DNA of 64,000 nucleotides from a virus. The translations under genes and the position numbers were made by a program. The stretch spans positions 7,564 through 71,563 of the IMG/VR virus record IMGVR_UViG_2643221492_000001; one strand, given 5' to 3'. Within the stretch, counting starts at the first letter, position 1; each line of letters begins with the position of its first letter. The notes under the pieces are model-generated. The model did no database searches and had not been told where the DNA came from. It saw nothing but the letters and a program-made list of their open reading frames with translations. Positions 63,594-64,000 of this stretch are shown one piece after another.

Positions 63594-64000
63594 ATGGGTA
63601 AAGACATTGCGCGCACGCTCTACGTTGCTGGAGCTGCGCTTGTTGGAGGGGCCTTGCTCTGGGCGTTCGCGGCACATCCGCCGACGCATTCCAGCGATTG
63701 GGCCTCGTGGGTCCAAGCGTTTGGCGCCATTGCTGCGATTGCTGCGACCGGCATCTTTGTCCGCTGGCAGCACACGCTTGAGGTAGAGCGTGCAGAGAAG
63801 GCGGAATTGAGTGCTAAGACCAGAGCGCAAGCAGCGATCTTGTTGAGCCTTCAGAGCCTTGCCTCGGAACTGAGTCGAATGAACGTGCTGACTGGCTTCC
63901 AGATTGATGCTGTCGGCAATGAGATCATCTATCCCGATGCTTCTGCGGAATTCAATGCCATCGCTGGTCTGTTTTCGCAGTTGCCCATCGATCAGATCGC
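63594..64000 (+). CDS. membrane protein moron, truncated by the window end (not in the ORF track)
   Basis: AGGAGG RBS; MGKDIARTLYVAGAALVGGALLWAF..DWASWVQAFGAIAAIAATGIFVRWQ..; two TMs; open to the window end; lower GC. Confidence 0.75.
   Translation, partial: MGKDIARTLYVAGAALVGGALLWAFAAHPPTHSSDWASWVQAFGAIAAIAATGIFVRWQHTLEVERAEKAELSAKTRAQAAILLSLQSLASELSRMNVLTGFQIDAVGNEIIYPDASAEFNAIAGLFSQLPIDQI

Larger units (their letters stand above)
33501..64000 (-). mobile_element. podovirus-type prophage (N4-gp56-like capsid, giant ejection protein); right part lies outside the window
   Basis: TerL, portal, lysis, scaffold, MCP, adaptors, fibres and internal virion proteins; no sheath, tube or tape measure. 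Confidence 0.92.

Noticed and set aside
1-64000. CRISPR arrays, rRNA, IS elements
   Set aside because: No regularly spaced repeats, rRNA-like sequence or transposase motifs were seen

Overview
The window holds two prophages back to back at a tRNA-Pro(GGG) attachment site. The sequence is GC-rich and the phage gene families suggest a betaproteobacterial host (inference). (1) 1-33547 is an apparently intact P2-like (Peduovirus-type) myophage: adenine methylase, portal/terminase/head, lysis, contractile tail, a low-GC PARIS-like ATPase + TOPRIM defence cassette between gpD and the repressor, a cI/RHH switch, Ogr, a primase-helicase, early genes and a tyrosine integrase. (2) 33501 to beyond 64000 is a podovirus-type prophage encoded mostly on the minus strand: TerL, portal, lysis, N4-gp56-like capsid, tail fibres, ejection proteins and a 2837-aa polyvalent protein (lytic transglycosylase plus three zincin-like motifs). 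Two signals stand out in prophage 2. First, a two-gene operon is nested in the +1 frame inside the giant gene, directly after a metallopeptidase domain, with its own RBS and a candidate internal promoter. Second, a co-oriented 16-bp motif (MCTACCGATGNNAGYA) occurs 7-8 times across the late region at gene starts and ends, reminiscent of stoperators; one copy overlaps that internal promoter. All calls come from motif reading and synteny; no database searches were run.
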